A stretch of DNA of 37,846 bases from a virus (Duplodnaviria; Caudoviricetes). The first letter of the stretch is position 1; the number at the start of each line of letters is the position of its first letter. The stretch is taken from the IMG/VR virus record IMGVR_UViG_3300016665_000270, positions 1-37,846 of that record. The stretch is one strand, 5' to 3'. The position numbers and the translations under genes are program-made. Below are positions 1-9,902 of this stretch, piece by piece. Below the pieces are notes generated by a model. The model saw only the letters and a program-made list of their open reading frames with translations, had not been told where the DNA came from and did no database searches.

Positions 1-1471
1 TTGGGATGAGTTTGTTGCTGATCCGCTGATCCCTGAGCTGTCTTATGGGTTCGACCAGCTCACGGATTACACCAATGATGGCCAAGTTCAGAATTTTGAT
101 GGCGGAATTTCATCAGATGGTTCCACTTATCTGCAGGCAAGATCCGGAACAAACTTTGTAACTGATGTTGTCGGTACTCGTCTTGAAATCGCAAATGCTT
201 TAAATAGCAGCAATAATGTTTATTTTGTCTCTCGTGGCTTTCTAAAATTTGATCTTTCAACGGCCTTCAGCGGTGTTACAAATCCAATTGCTACCTCTGC
301 CGATATTGCCATGTCAATGGATGACAGGCAGGTCGCGTCTGTTTACACGCTGCGTGGATATGAGGCAACAATTTCCGATGACTCCACAGACCTTTCGACA
401 AGCAACTGGACTGCCTACAATAACACTCAGCTTTGGACTGGCATCGGATTTGCTAGTTTTACTCTGACTGATCCGCCGTCTTACACGCAATGGAATTTTA
501 ATGCTGACGGCGTTTCGCTGATCAACACTGAGATTGCAAGCATTCTAAAGATTGCCCTAAGACACTCTCAGGATGTCAGCGCTTCAACTCCGCAATTCCT
601 GCAGTACGGCCTTTTTTATACCGCCGATTATACTACCCATTCAGTAGCGCCCAAGGTCATCATTACCTACACGCGCGGTGTGTATCCAACCGGAATCGAC
701 TCAACCATCGTCCAGGGCGCAGTGGTTGCCACAGTCGGCAATCCGAAGATCTATCCTGATGGGATTGATTCAACGATTGTCTTGGGCTCTGTGGCATTAC
801 AAGGAACGGCGCAGATTGCCACGCCTACTGGGATTGATTCCACGATTGTTTTAGGCGTGCCACGGGTGGCAACGCTGGCTCCCACAGGAATTGACAGCTC
901 GATCGCTCTCGGTCTGCCACAGGTGGCAACGATCCAGCTGACGGGCATTGATTCCACGTTGGAGTTCGGTGAGTTTATTGTCACGTTTGGCCGAGTCGTG
1001 CGCCTTGATGGCATCGAGTCGACTACCGCTTTCGGCTCGCCCACAGTAAAGATTGAGACGTGGCAAGTCACGCTTGCCGGGATTGACTCAACCATCACCC
1101 TCGGTCTGCCCACGCTGACAATCCCCTATCCTGACGGGTTGTTGTACACCGGCCCATACATAAATCGAATCGTCGATCAGCCACTTGATTTTGGCTACAC
1201 GCTTTATGAATACGAGGATGGCGGAGTAGATGTCAACGTGCAGCCGTGCGGAGCCAAGCGGATCCAGCTGGATTATGATGGTTTGTCAGCGGCGGAGGTG
1301 ACGCAGCTGACGAGCCACTATAACGCAATGCGCGGGAAAGCTGGCACGTTTACGTTCTATCATCGCCGTGATGAGTATGGCTACACTTGCCGGTATGTGT
1401 CGATGACGATCCCCGCGCACGTCCGAAACTGGTCAAACTCTGTGCAGGTCGTTTTGGAGACGTTGTTCTAA
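1..1471 (+). CDS. Minor tail protein, 3' part (gene starts at 37569 and wraps; ~582 aa). Seven GIDST-type repeats and a C-terminal distal-tail (lambda gpM/Dit-like) domain
   Basis: The frame is open from base 2 (WDEFVADPLIPELSYGFD...) into the 311..1471 ORF. It lies between the tape measure and tail-tip genes. The C-terminus reads 'LDYDGLSAAEVTQLTSHYNAMRGKAGTFTF'. Confidence 0.75.
   Translation, partial: WDEFVADPLIPELSYGFDQLTDYTNDGQVQNFDGGISSDGSTYLQARSGTNFVTDVVGTRLEIANALNSSNNVYFVSRGFLKFDLSTAFSGVTNPIATSADIAMSMDDRQVASVYTLRGYEATISDDSTDLSTSNWTAYNNTQLWTGIGFASFTLTDPPSYTQWNFNADGVSLINTEIASILKIALRHSQDVSASTPQFLQYGLFYTADYTTHSVAPKVIITYTRGVYPTGIDSTIVQGAVVATVGNPKIYPDGIDSTIVLGSVALQGTAQIATPTGIDSTIVLGVPRVATLAPTGIDSSIALGLPQVATIQLTGIDSTLEFGEFIVTFGRVVRLDGIESTTAFGSPTVKIETWQVTLAGIDSTITLGLPTLTIPYPDGLLYTGPYINRIVDQPLDFGYTLYEYEDGGVDVNVQPCGAKRIQLDYDGLSAAEVTQLTSHYNAMRGKAGTFTFYHRRDEYGYTCRYVSMTIPAHVRNWSNSVQVVLETLF
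686..1110 (+). repeat. Seven degenerate peptide repeats (P/L)xGI(D/E)S(T/S)xxxG
   Basis: PTGIDSTIVQG, PDGIDSTIVLG, PTGIDSTIVLG, PTGIDSSIALG, LTGIDSTLEFG, LDGIESTTAFG, LAGIDSTITLG. Confidence 0.85.
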
Positions 1472-2478
1472 TGGCTATCGAAACTTTAGAGTGGTATCCG
1501 ATCGCCAATGCCACGGTCAGCGGCAACACCGTCACGAATGACAATGGCGGGTCAGATGCCTGCACGACGAATGCCACCACTGGGCCGGACTCGGGAGCCA
1601 GCACGCTCAACGCGCTCACGGAAAATCAGGACTGGGAGTTTCGCTGCCGTTTGACTGGCCGTGATCCGAACGGGAGGGCGTGGGTTGGGTTGGCCAGTGC
1701 TGACGTGGCATTCGGCGCAACGCCGCTTAATTACACGCTGTGGCAATACTGCCTGCATGTCTCAACAGAAATCTGGTCGTCGGCAAACCCGCCACATCCG
1801 GCAGGCTCTGTGTATGTCTACGAGGGATCAGCCACGCCCAAGACATGGGTGGATGGCATCTGGCAAAGCAACGGCCAGCAGATCAGAATCATATGCCTCG
1901 GCGGTGTGGTGCGGTATTACGTTGATTGCACTTTGATTTACAGGTCATTGAATGCCCCTGTATACAACCTCGAAGCGGTTGTTGGCTTCGCTTGCTACAA
2001 TATGGCGGTGACTGATGCAGAAGTCGTCACGGGGCCAATGGTCGGCGTAGGGACTGGCGCCATAGCGGAGGGTGACGCGAGCGGATTTGGCTGTCGAGGA
2101 TCCTGGACAATTCCCACGCCGACGGATCTCCCCCAGCCGCCGACGGTCAATGCGCCGATTGCTGTCAGGTTTCAGGAGGTAGTCAGCGACTGGCGCGAGT
2201 ACTCAGCTGACTTCAGCGACCAGACCAGCATCAGCAATACCAAGCTGGCGCAGCGAATCAGAATGTTCGAGGTTGAATGGCAGGGATTATCACTTGAGCA
2301 AGCGGCATTGCTCGACGCGCATTATCAGTCAACGGCGGGTGGTCTGCCTTTCGCGCTGACCATTCCCGGCACGAATGAGCGCGTGGTCAATTGCCGATAC
2401 GCCAGCTACTCAATCAGCCCACATACTCGAATTTGGTCGCAGACTCGGACGGCAACGATAATCAGGTACACGACGTAA
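1471..2478 (+). CDS. Minor tail protein: N-terminal beta-sandwich (SPRY/lectin-like) domain plus C-terminal Dit/gpM-like domain
   Basis: TAATG coupling puts the start at 1471 (MAIETLEW), not 1387. The C-terminus 'FEVEWQGLSLEQAALLDAHYQ..GGLPF' parallels that of the upstream gene. Confidence 0.7.
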   Translation: MAIETLEWYPIANATVSGNTVTNDNGGSDACTTNATTGPDSGASTLNALTENQDWEFRCRLTGRDPNGRAWVGLASADVAFGATPLNYTLWQYCLHVSTEIWSSANPPHPAGSVYVYEGSATPKTWVDGIWQSNGQQIRIICLGGVVRYYVDCTLIYRSLNAPVYNLEAVVGFACYNMAVTDAEVVTGPMVGVGTGAIAEGDASGFGCRGSWTIPTPTDLPQPPTVNAPIAVRFQEVVSDWREYSADFSDQTSISNTKLAQRIRMFEVEWQGLSLEQAALLDAHYQSTAGGLPFALTIPGTNERVVNCRYASYSISPHTRIWSQTRTATIIRYTT

Positions 2479-2479
2479 T

Positions 2480-5400
2480 ATGCAGAACGTATCAACTCCC
2501 CTTTACCAGATTTTGTCCTCGTTCCAGCGCGATCTGACGCCGGTTGACCTGTTCGAGTTCTACGCGCCAGATGTTACTGATCTGATCCCCGGTAACGCCA
2601 CAAAGCGATTTGCGGGGACATCGCTTGTTTGGTATGGGTGGGAGTATGAGCAGCAGGCGATCAGCCGCGGCGACGTGTCACGGTACATGACCGAAAAGTT
2701 TAACTCGGTGACCATCACGCTTTCCAATGTTGACCGGTCTGTTGGCAATTGGCTTTCCACCGTCAGCCTCGAGGGCTGGCGCGTCGTGATTCGAATGATC
2801 AGCCGATCGCTTACTGACGATTCTGTTGTGCTGTTTGTGGGAAGGTTGGAGAAACCTGGCGACATTGAGAACGCGCGGATTACCCTGACGGCCAAGCAGG
2901 ATCTTGGCACGATTGAAAATGAGATTCCCTTCAGGAAGTTTGACCTCAAATGCCCGTTGAAGTTCAAGGGCGAGGAGTGCTTGGCGGGTCAGGCGATCAC
3001 CGATAAGACGCAGAAGTACCAAGAGGCAGGAACGTGCAATAAGAGCTGGTCGCAGTGCTTTGAGTACGGCAACGTCAAGGCGTTTCAGGGCTTTCGATAC
3101 AAGGCGGTAGTGGGGTCGTTCAAGGTCAATTCTCGCTCCACAGGCGTTTCTAAAGTTTTCGGATCTCGTCGCGCAACGAAGCAATGGACATCAACGGACA
3201 ACGTCCCGATCGGTGAATCAGTGCCGGTGGGAATGGGACGCACTCAGATCGATCTGACGCCTGTCCTCTACGCCGACACCGGCCAATACCTCTATGGGCA
3301 TTTCATCGCGGGTGAGGGGGAGATCGCCGACTTTGCGGACGTGCGCAACACGTCGGCAGGCTGGGCCACGACGTTTCAATTCAAGGCGGAACACAAGGGC
3401 CAGTATGGCTATGAGCCGGATCAGGCGACTGACAGTGAGTTGCTGGGCGCGGAGCATTACTCCCACCGCGCTTATGTCGAGGCCACCATCGAGGGCAATA
3501 ACCCAGATACAGGCGATCCCGCGCCCGTGTTGGCCGCGCTGATCCTGTGGCAGAAAATGGCCAGCTTGGGCGGTGGGTGCTTCGACAATACCGAGTGGTC
3601 TGATAATCCCGTTGAACACGTTCGCGCTTTGCTGACCGATCCGCGCGCGCTTGGGTATCCCGAGAGCTGGATCGATGACGAAGTTGCGGTTGACACGGCC
3701 AGCTACTGCAACGAGCCGATGATTGACGAGTCAGGCTGTGAAGAGTTCTGGTATGACCAGAACAATGGTGTGGCTGGACTTGACTGGAAGCGATATCGGT
3801 CAACCGGCGTGCTTGACTGGCCTTACTACAAGTATCTGCTGGGCGAGACGACTGTCAGGCCGCAAACCCTCGGGCCGGATTACAATGCCTATGATCCAGA
3901 GAACCCGCCGGAAGATCCACCCGTCACCACGTTTTACCGTAAGAGGTACACGTCAAACTGGCACTTAAAAGAGCCGGTGAAGGTCGCTGATTTTCTCTTT
4001 AAGCACCTTCTGCCGTCGTTCCGTGGATACCTCGTGACGGGTGCAGATGGCAAGCTTCAGATCAAATCCGAACGACCGGCGGTGTCGTCATTTCTGCGCA
4101 ATGCCATCTCACCTGGTGACAGCTCTATTGCCGTCGAAGATGTCACCTCGTGGCAGCGGCTGGCGGTGAATCAGCTGTTTGTGCTGATCGGTGCAGGTCA
4201 GGACACGTCAGAGACGCGGCGGGTGACGGGCATCGAGTATTCAAGCGCAGGCAATTCGATCACGCTGTCAGTTACGCAAGGCGCGACGGCATACGCAGCG
4301 ACGTTTACCGGCGGATCTGCCAGCGCGCAGGCGTGGAATTACTTCACGGTGACGAGCGCGGCGACGACGGCTCCGGCGATTGTGGTTATTGATGGCGTAA
4401 CGATCACCGGCGGTGGTGTCGACGGTCAGGGCAATCCTTCGACGATCGGATCAGTGGCGGGCGAGCTGGCAGCGCGAATCAACGCCAATCCGACGCTGAA
4501 TCGGTATATCGAGGCCGTCTGGACGCCAGAGAATTTTGCGATTGTCACACTCAAGGCAAAGCTGGGCATTCTGCAAATTGACAGTGGCGTGACCTACTCA
4601 CACGGGACAGACGAGAAAGCTGTCCACGTTTATGGCGTGTTTGCCGACGAGGCAATGGGTGCGCTCGATCGGTCGAACATCATCCGCGATTCGTTTAAAT
4701 GGCCGCTGGGATCGCGTCAGTCGAGCTACAATCAATTTTCGATCACCTACACGGATAGTGTTCAGGACTTCCAGCAAACGGAGCTGCGCGAGAACGACTA
4801 TGACCATCAGGAGAAGGTCAACAAGATCAACAAGCTGGACATCTCCGGCGCTTGTGTAGACAACTACCATCAGGCCGATCGGCTGGTACAGGCGGCGCGT
4901 TACAAGTACCGGGACGGTGATTTCTTTTGCTCGTTTCAGACCTCCGGCGTGGGCCTCCTCCTTGAGGAGGGTGACGTGATTTGCGTAACTCACGCAAACA
5001 TGGCCGGGAATCCAAACCGGCTTTTCAGGATCGAAGAGCTTCGCGTTACCCAGGATCACAGAGTCAATATCGTTGCGCGCCTGTACTCAGATGAGCAATT
5101 CCCTGAGTCCGCCAACGTGCGCACGGTTGGTTTGAATACTGGCTCGGTGTGGATTGCGAAGGCTCCTCCGACCGTGACCGATGCGACCATCGTTTACACC
5201 ACGATTGATTCAGGGCGAGTGGAGTTCGACTTCGGCGCATTCGTCGGTGGCCAGACTGCGCGGATCGAGATCAAGCGTCCAGGGGATGCCGCTTTCCTTC
5301 CCTATACCGATGTTGTGCCTGATGGTCTTGGGCGAGGGGCGACAGAGATTCCGGCCCTGGAACCGAACACCGAGATCAGAATCACGCCGATCAGCAGTAA

Positions 5401-7327
5401 TGGGGTGGCCGGTAGTTCGACGACGTTGACCGCCACGAGTCCTTTGTACGTCTGGCCAGCCTCTTACCCCCCGACGTCTGGATATGTGCTTGCAAGCGAT
5501 ACTGACGGGAATTTGAGCTGGGTTGCGCAGAGCGGCGGAGGTGGTACGCCTGGCGGATCCAACACGCAGGTACAATACAATGACGGCGGTGCATTCGGCG
5601 GTGACAGCGGCCTAACCTACGATGAGACGAATAAGAATCTGACGGTCGGCAATGAGCTTCGGCTATCAGATGACGACGCGTCGAATTACATTGCGATCAA
5701 AGCGCCGTCAGACGTCACCTCAAACGTAACACTGACGCTGCCGTCGAACGACGGCGATAATGGACAGGTGCTGATCACTGACGGGTCGGGCGGTCTGTCG
5801 TGGGGGACGCCATCCGCAGGTGTCACAGACGGCGACAAGGGCGACATCACAGTCAGCGCGTCAGGTGCGACGTGGACAATCGATAGCGATGCCGTCACCT
5901 ATGCCAAGATCCAGAACGTAACCGATAATCGCCTACTTGGCCGGTCGGCTGGCACTAATGGCGACGTGCAGGAAATCACAGTCGGTTCAGGGTTGTCACT
6001 TGCCGCAGGGTCGCTGACGGCAACAGGTGGTGGTCGTGACGTACTTACATCAAATCGAACCTACTATATAGGCTTTGACCTTGGCTCTGTGACAGCGAAT
6101 GCGACGACCGATAAGATCGAGAAGACTTCGCACGGGCTAGAGAACGGCGACCCTGTGGTCTTTAGCGCCGCGACTGCACCAAGTGGCATTACGCTTGGAG
6201 CGGTCTATTACGTTGTCAATAAATCTACAAATGACTTTGAAATCTCAACTACTGTTGGCGGTTCAAAAGTAACGTGGGCTACAAACGGCACGACTGTTAC
6301 TTGCAGAACTGGCAATGACAACAATATCGGATATGGCACGAATGGGCGGACAGTTGCGCTTTTAACAGTGCAAAAGTTTTTTGACAAAGTATCAGGCCTT
6401 GATAAGGCCGGATATAACGTTACTGGCACACTGTGCGCGGGATTGTTTGTGGTTGCACAAACAATAAACGTGCAGACCGGCGTTGGCTCAGGCCGATGCA
6501 TACTGACAGGCGCATCAAACACGACATCGATAATTCAAGGCCGAGCGCAAGATTCTGTAATCCTTAGTGATTCGCAGGTTGGATTTCAGACTGGGGCATT
6601 CAAGCTGGAACGCAATAACGTCGTTACTACGGGGTCAGGCGTGTGTAATCTTGAGCTACATGGCTTGAGCGCTGGAGACCGCATTATATTTTATGGTACC
6701 ACTGCGCCGACTGGTATTACTTTTGTCGACCCCGTAACAGGTCAGCCTATATCGTATTACGTTATCGCAACAGACTTGACTGCGAATTCCTTTAAGTTTG
6801 CAACTACCGTCGGCGGCTCCGCTGTGGCGGTGGGCAGTGGCACGGTTCAAGTCAGAAGAAGTACCGCTTTTGACGTATTGCTTGAAAACAGAAATGGTTC
6901 GACATTGTTTTTGACTGACATAAACTTTGGCGCTCGCCCAACAAATGTTTATGGTACGCATCTATGGATTCAGTCTGCGCAAGTCCGACCGATTGGTAAT
7001 TGGACTATCAGTGGTGGAGGTGTGGGAGACTTTTTGCTGGTAGTGGGAAACGGTACTTATTCAGGGTTCTCCTTGCCAAGCAATATCACTGTTACGATTA
7101 CAGGGTCACCGGCTTTTACTTCTGGCGCTTTTCTACGAGCGCAACGCTGCGGAGTCGTTGAGATGGAGTTGCGTGAGTCACAGAACAGACATATTTTCTC
7201 AGGTTCTATCAGCGCGGGTGGTTCAGGTGCGGCAGCATTAAATGGAGTTATCTCTACGTTTTTTTCTGGCACTGGATTGCCCGGCACGGGAGGGATTACC
7301 ACGACAACAGGAGGTCAAACAAACTAA
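2480..7327 (+). CDS. Large tail tip/hub-fibre fusion protein (gpL/DUF2163-like Cys cluster, gpJ-like region, receptor-binding fibre)
   Basis: 1615 aa. 'CPLKFKGEEC...TCNKSWSQC...FQGF' cysteine motif; 'LLLEEGDVICVTH...FRIEE' tail-tip motif; fibre motifs GSNTQVQYNDGGAFGG and DGDKGDITVS; Gly/Thr-rich C-terminus. Confidence 0.85.
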   Translation: MQNVSTPLYQILSSFQRDLTPVDLFEFYAPDVTDLIPGNATKRFAGTSLVWYGWEYEQQAISRGDVSRYMTEKFNSVTITLSNVDRSVGNWLSTVSLEGWRVVIRMISRSLTDDSVVLFVGRLEKPGDIENARITLTAKQDLGTIENEIPFRKFDLKCPLKFKGEECLAGQAITDKTQKYQEAGTCNKSWSQCFEYGNVKAFQGFRYKAVVGSFKVNSRSTGVSKVFGSRRATKQWTSTDNVPIGESVPVGMGRTQIDLTPVLYADTGQYLYGHFIAGEGEIADFADVRNTSAGWATTFQFKAEHKGQYGYEPDQATDSELLGAEHYSHRAYVEATIEGNNPDTGDPAPVLAALILWQKMASLGGGCFDNTEWSDNPVEHVRALLTDPRALGYPESWIDDEVAVDTASYCNEPMIDESGCEEFWYDQNNGVAGLDWKRYRSTGVLDWPYYKYLLGETTVRPQTLGPDYNAYDPENPPEDPPVTTFYRKRYTSNWHLKEPVKVADFLFKHLLPSFRGYLVTGADGKLQIKSERPAVSSFLRNAISPGDSSIAVEDVTSWQRLAVNQLFVLIGAGQDTSETRRVTGIEYSSAGNSITLSVTQGATAYAATFTGGSASAQAWNYFTVTSAATTAPAIVVIDGVTITGGGVDGQGNPSTIGSVAGELAARINANPTLNRYIEAVWTPENFAIVTLKAKLGILQIDSGVTYSHGTDEKAVHVYGVFADEAMGALDRSNIIRDSFKWPLGSRQSSYNQFSITYTDSVQDFQQTELRENDYDHQEKVNKINKLDISGACVDNYHQADRLVQAARYKYRDGDFFCSFQTSGVGLLLEEGDVICVTHANMAGNPNRLFRIEELRVTQDHRVNIVARLYSDEQFPESANVRTVGLNTGSVWIAKAPPTVTDATIVYTTIDSGRVEFDFGAFVGGQTARIEIKRPGDAAFLPYTDVVPDGLGRGATEIPALEPNTEIRITPISSNGVAGSSTTLTATSPLYVWPASYPPTSGYVLASDTDGNLSWVAQSGGGGTPGGSNTQVQYNDGGAFGGDSGLTYDETNKNLTVGNELRLSDDDASNYIAIKAPSDVTSNVTLTLPSNDGDNGQVLITDGSGGLSWGTPSAGVTDGDKGDITVSASGATWTIDSDAVTYAKIQNVTDNRLLGRSAGTNGDVQEITVGSGLSLAAGSLTATGGGRDVLTSNRTYYIGFDLGSVTANATTDKIEKTSHGLENGDPVVFSAATAPSGITLGAVYYVVNKSTNDFEISTTVGGSKVTWATNGTTVTCRTGNDNNIGYGTNGRTVALLTVQKFFDKVSGLDKAGYNVTGTLCAGLFVVAQTINVQTGVGSGRCILTGASNTTSIIQGRAQDSVILSDSQVGFQTGAFKLERNNVVTTGSGVCNLELHGLSAGDRIIFYGTTAPTGITFVDPVTGQPISYYVIATDLTANSFKFATTVGGSAVAVGSGTVQVRRSTAFDVLLENRNGSTLFLTDINFGARPTNVYGTHLWIQSAQVRPIGNWTISGGGVGDFLLVVGNGTYSGFSLPSNITVTITGSPAFTSGAFLRAQRCGVVEMELRESQNRHIFSGSISAGGSGAAALNGVISTFFSGTGLPGTGGITTTTGGQTN

Positions 7328-7671
7328 TGGGCATCAGCTGGCAAGACTATCTGCTAACCTCGCAATTGCCGCCGTCTGACGTGGCCAGCTCTTGGGCATT
7401 GGTCCGCGATTACCGCAATTTACAGCTTCAATGGTCAGATATTGCCGTAACACGTTATGCCGAGGCCGGGATTGCCGTGCCTCCTGAATGGGTGGCTTAC
7501 CGACAGTCATTGCGGGACATCACAACGATATTCTCTGACCCTACCGACGTGGTATTCCCTGACCCTCCTGAGGTGGTCATTCCCCCGGTAGTCACGTCGC
7601 AGGAGGACAGGCTGGAGGCAGCAGAGCTGATGATTGATTTGATACTCGACACGCAACAGGAGAGCGCATAA
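7327..7671 (+). CDS. Tail fibre assembly chaperone
   Basis: 'RDYRNLQLQWSD...EWVAYRQSLRDIT...VFPDPP' motif, directly after the fibre gene. Confidence 0.8.
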   Translation: MGISWQDYLLTSQLPPSDVASSWALVRDYRNLQLQWSDIAVTRYAEAGIAVPPEWVAYRQSLRDITTIFSDPTDVVFPDPPEVVIPPVVTSQEDRLEAAELMIDLILDTQQESA

Positions 7672-7892
7672 TGGCAGACGTGGCGATTACCCCGCAGTAC
7701 CGCTTGGTGCTGAATCGCTGGACAGCTGGCACGATTACAATTCGGCAGGTTGAGCTATTCGTAAAAACAGGATGGCTCACCCGCGATCAGGCCGACCTGA
7801 TTTATACCTATCCTCGGAAGCAAACGGATCTTGTCCTTAACGATCCCTTTTCGATCGAGGTCGTCGAGGCATACAGACTGGAGGTGGAATAA
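7671..7892 (+). CDS. XkdX-like small phage protein
   Basis: 'RWTAGTITIRQVELFVKTGWLTRDQADLI' pattern and position after the fibre chaperone. Confidence 0.6.
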   Translation: MADVAITPQYRLVLNRWTAGTITIRQVELFVKTGWLTRDQADLIYTYPRKQTDLVLNDPFSIEVVEAYRLEVE

Positions 7893-8332
7893 TGGCGCAC
7901 GAACAAACGCTACCGGCAGACAGCAGGACGATCGCCTTGTCACCGCTCACGAAGCACGGCGTGTACTTGTGGAAGCTGGTCGTGGGTGATACCTGGGAGA
8001 TTGAGCGGATCTACACGGGGCTTGCCAATGGCTGCACCATCACCAAGGCCTATTGGACGGTCAAGCGGTCACTGTCAGATCTCGACGCGGCGGCGGTGTT
8101 TCAGATCGACATCACCTCGACCTCGACAGCGGCAGGTCAGATCATTGATGGCAATACGAATGGCGGCTCAATCCACCTATCGTTTATTGCCTCGATCACC
8201 CAGACGGCGATCCTGACGGCGGGTGAGACGTATTACTATGACATTCAGGGAATCGATACGCTTGGGCAGGTGTACACGTTTGAGACGGGGTGCCTGGAAC
8301 CACAGCCGCAAGTAACACGCGCGACTACTTGA
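7892..8332 (+). CDS. Virion structural protein with BppU-N-like Ig fold
   Basis: 'GDTW...YWTVKR...YYYDIQ...VYTFETG...VTRAT' pattern; last gene of the late operon. Confidence 0.6.
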   Translation: MAHEQTLPADSRTIALSPLTKHGVYLWKLVVGDTWEIERIYTGLANGCTITKAYWTVKRSLSDLDAAAVFQIDITSTSTAAGQIIDGNTNGGSIHLSFIASITQTAILTAGETYYYDIQGIDTLGQVYTFETGCLEPQPQVTRATT

Positions 8333-8570
8333 TGTAGCCGCGCTCTTTCAGCGTGGTATAGGATTTGATGCGCGTTTTGGCGAAGATCGCTTTGGGAGTC
8401 TTCGATAGGCGCAGCTTTCGTTCCCGTTGCATTCGGTTGTTTTTCTGACGACATCTCCCGCACCGCTGGGTTTCCTCCGCGTCACGGATCTGACAGTCAA
8501 CGCAAATCCCCTGCGCAATCAATTGATCACGCAGGGGGCGGCCAGTTTTGATAATTAACGTTCGTCTCAT
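8325..8570 (-). CDS. Small basic Zn-finger-like protein
   Basis: CVDC...CGRC; R/K-rich; ATGA-coupled to tmk. Confidence 0.6.
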   Translation of the reverse strand: MRRTLIIKTGRPLRDQLIAQGICVDCQIRDAEETQRCGRCRQKNNRMQRERKLRLSKTPKAIFAKTRIKSYTTLKERGYIK

Positions 8571-9133
8571 TGCCCAAGCACCTCGTCAATCAGCTTGATG
8601 GCGTCGGCCAGGACTTGGTCAGGCGACTGGCTGGCGCCGACAGGCTCCATCCAACCATCGTCTGCCAGCTCGGCATACCCTGCATGTACGCGCTTAAGCC
8701 GCGCAATTTCGCTTGCAGTTATACAGCCGTCACGCGCCATTAAACGCTTCACGGCAACACCTACCGGCACGTCCAGCCATATTCGCAAACTGAGGTCTAT
8801 TCCCTCGGTGGCGATGTCGTTCAGCGAGTCAATTAAATCAAGGTCAACACCATCGCCGTATCCCTGATAGGCTGCGGTCGAGAGATCGAAACGGTCGATC
8901 AGGATCAGGTCAGTTCTCAGCACGATCTTTTTGATCAGCTCGCAGTGGGCGCGCCGGTCGGCCATTAGCTGCATCGTTGCGATGAATGGGTCAGTTGATG
9001 GAATATCTGATCGTGGCTCAGACGTCTGCCAGCACAGTAGGCCAACGCCCTCATAATACTCGCGGATTTTGCTGGCCAGCGTGCTTTTCCCGCTGCCATC
9101 GATGCCCTCGAATGTGATGATTTTTGCGGCCAT
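8567..9133 (-). CDS. tmk: Thymidylate (dTMP) kinase
   Basis: ITFEGIDGSGKST P-loop, EP motif, ADR, DRF..S..AYQG. Confidence 0.93.
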   Translation of the reverse strand: MAAKIITFEGIDGSGKSTLASKIREYYEGVGLLCWQTSEPRSDIPSTDPFIATMQLMADRRAHCELIKKIVLRTDLILIDRFDLSTAAYQGYGDGVDLDLIDSLNDIATEGIDLSLRIWLDVPVGVAVKRLMARDGCITASEIARLKRVHAGYAELADDGWMEPVGASQSPDQVLADAIKLIDEVLGQ

Positions 9134-9318
9134 TATCGCACCTCTTCCCGCGGATATTCGCGGATCACTGCTGGTTTGTACGTTGCGCCTGATGGCTTAG
9201 GATCACCCGTAAATAATATGGCCATTACAACGCCAAATATCAGCCCTGCCAATCCAATCCAGTTTTCTGTTTTGATCAGATACAACGCCCACAATAATAA
9301 AAGAATTGGGATAATCAT
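9133..9318 (-). CDS. Small two-TM membrane protein
   Basis: Likely start MIIPILL at 9318 (ATGA coupling, GGAG upstream); two hydrophobic stretches. Confidence 0.6.
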   Translation of the reverse strand: MIIPILLLLWALYLIKTENWIGLAGLIFGVVMAILFTGDPKPSGATYKPAVIREYPREEVR

Positions 9319-9851
9319 CTCCACTCCCCCTGATAGCTGCGCCACGGGTTACAGTCGCGGTTCAGCGGTGAATTGATGGCCAGCCCGAGGACGCTGGCAG
9401 AATTGGCGCGCTGAAGGGCGTTGCCGGAAAACATATAGCGGAACCAAGCGTCGTAAAGCGTCGGCGTCGGCGCGATGGTCAGCGCATTTGCGTACAGGTA
9501 CGAGGCGACCGGCACGCCCTTTGCGGCCTGTACGCGCTGAGGGTGTAGCGCAATCGAAAGCATCACGGCGGCGGCAATCGCGTCGGCCTGCCGGTATGGA
9601 TCGCCAGATGACCACTCGCGCCGGATATATGGCAGCGCGTCTGCCGTCGTCGTGCCGTAGGTGGATCGCACCTGGATAATGACTGGCCTACCTGCCGGAT
9701 TGGTGCGCACCAGCGTCTCGGGATGATACAGACAGATCGTTGGCGCGTCCTGTGGTGTCGGCAGTGTCTGAGCATTGCCAGCAAGGGCGGCCAGCAAAAT
9801 AAAAAACACGAATAGTGCGACGAGTAGCAAGCCGTCAAGCTTTGAGTTCAT
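9315..9851 (-). CDS. Secreted or membrane-anchored hypothetical protein
   Basis: AGGAGG RBS; N-terminal signal peptide ending ...AGNA|Q. Confidence 0.7.
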   Translation of the reverse strand: MNSKLDGLLLVALFVFFILLAALAGNAQTLPTPQDAPTICLYHPETLVRTNPAGRPVIIQVRSTYGTTTADALPYIRREWSSGDPYRQADAIAAAVMLSIALHPQRVQAAKGVPVASYLYANALTIAPTPTLYDAWFRYMFSGNALQRANSASVLGLAINSPLNRDCNPWRSYQGEWR

Positions 9852-9902
9852 TGGTGTGTAGCCTCCTGCCGGGAGCCATAGCCCCCGGCTGATAGTGGGT
9901 GA

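Noticed and set aside
6050-7327. Diversity-generating retroelement acting on the fibre tip
   Set aside because: No reverse transcriptase and no template/variable repeat pair were seen.
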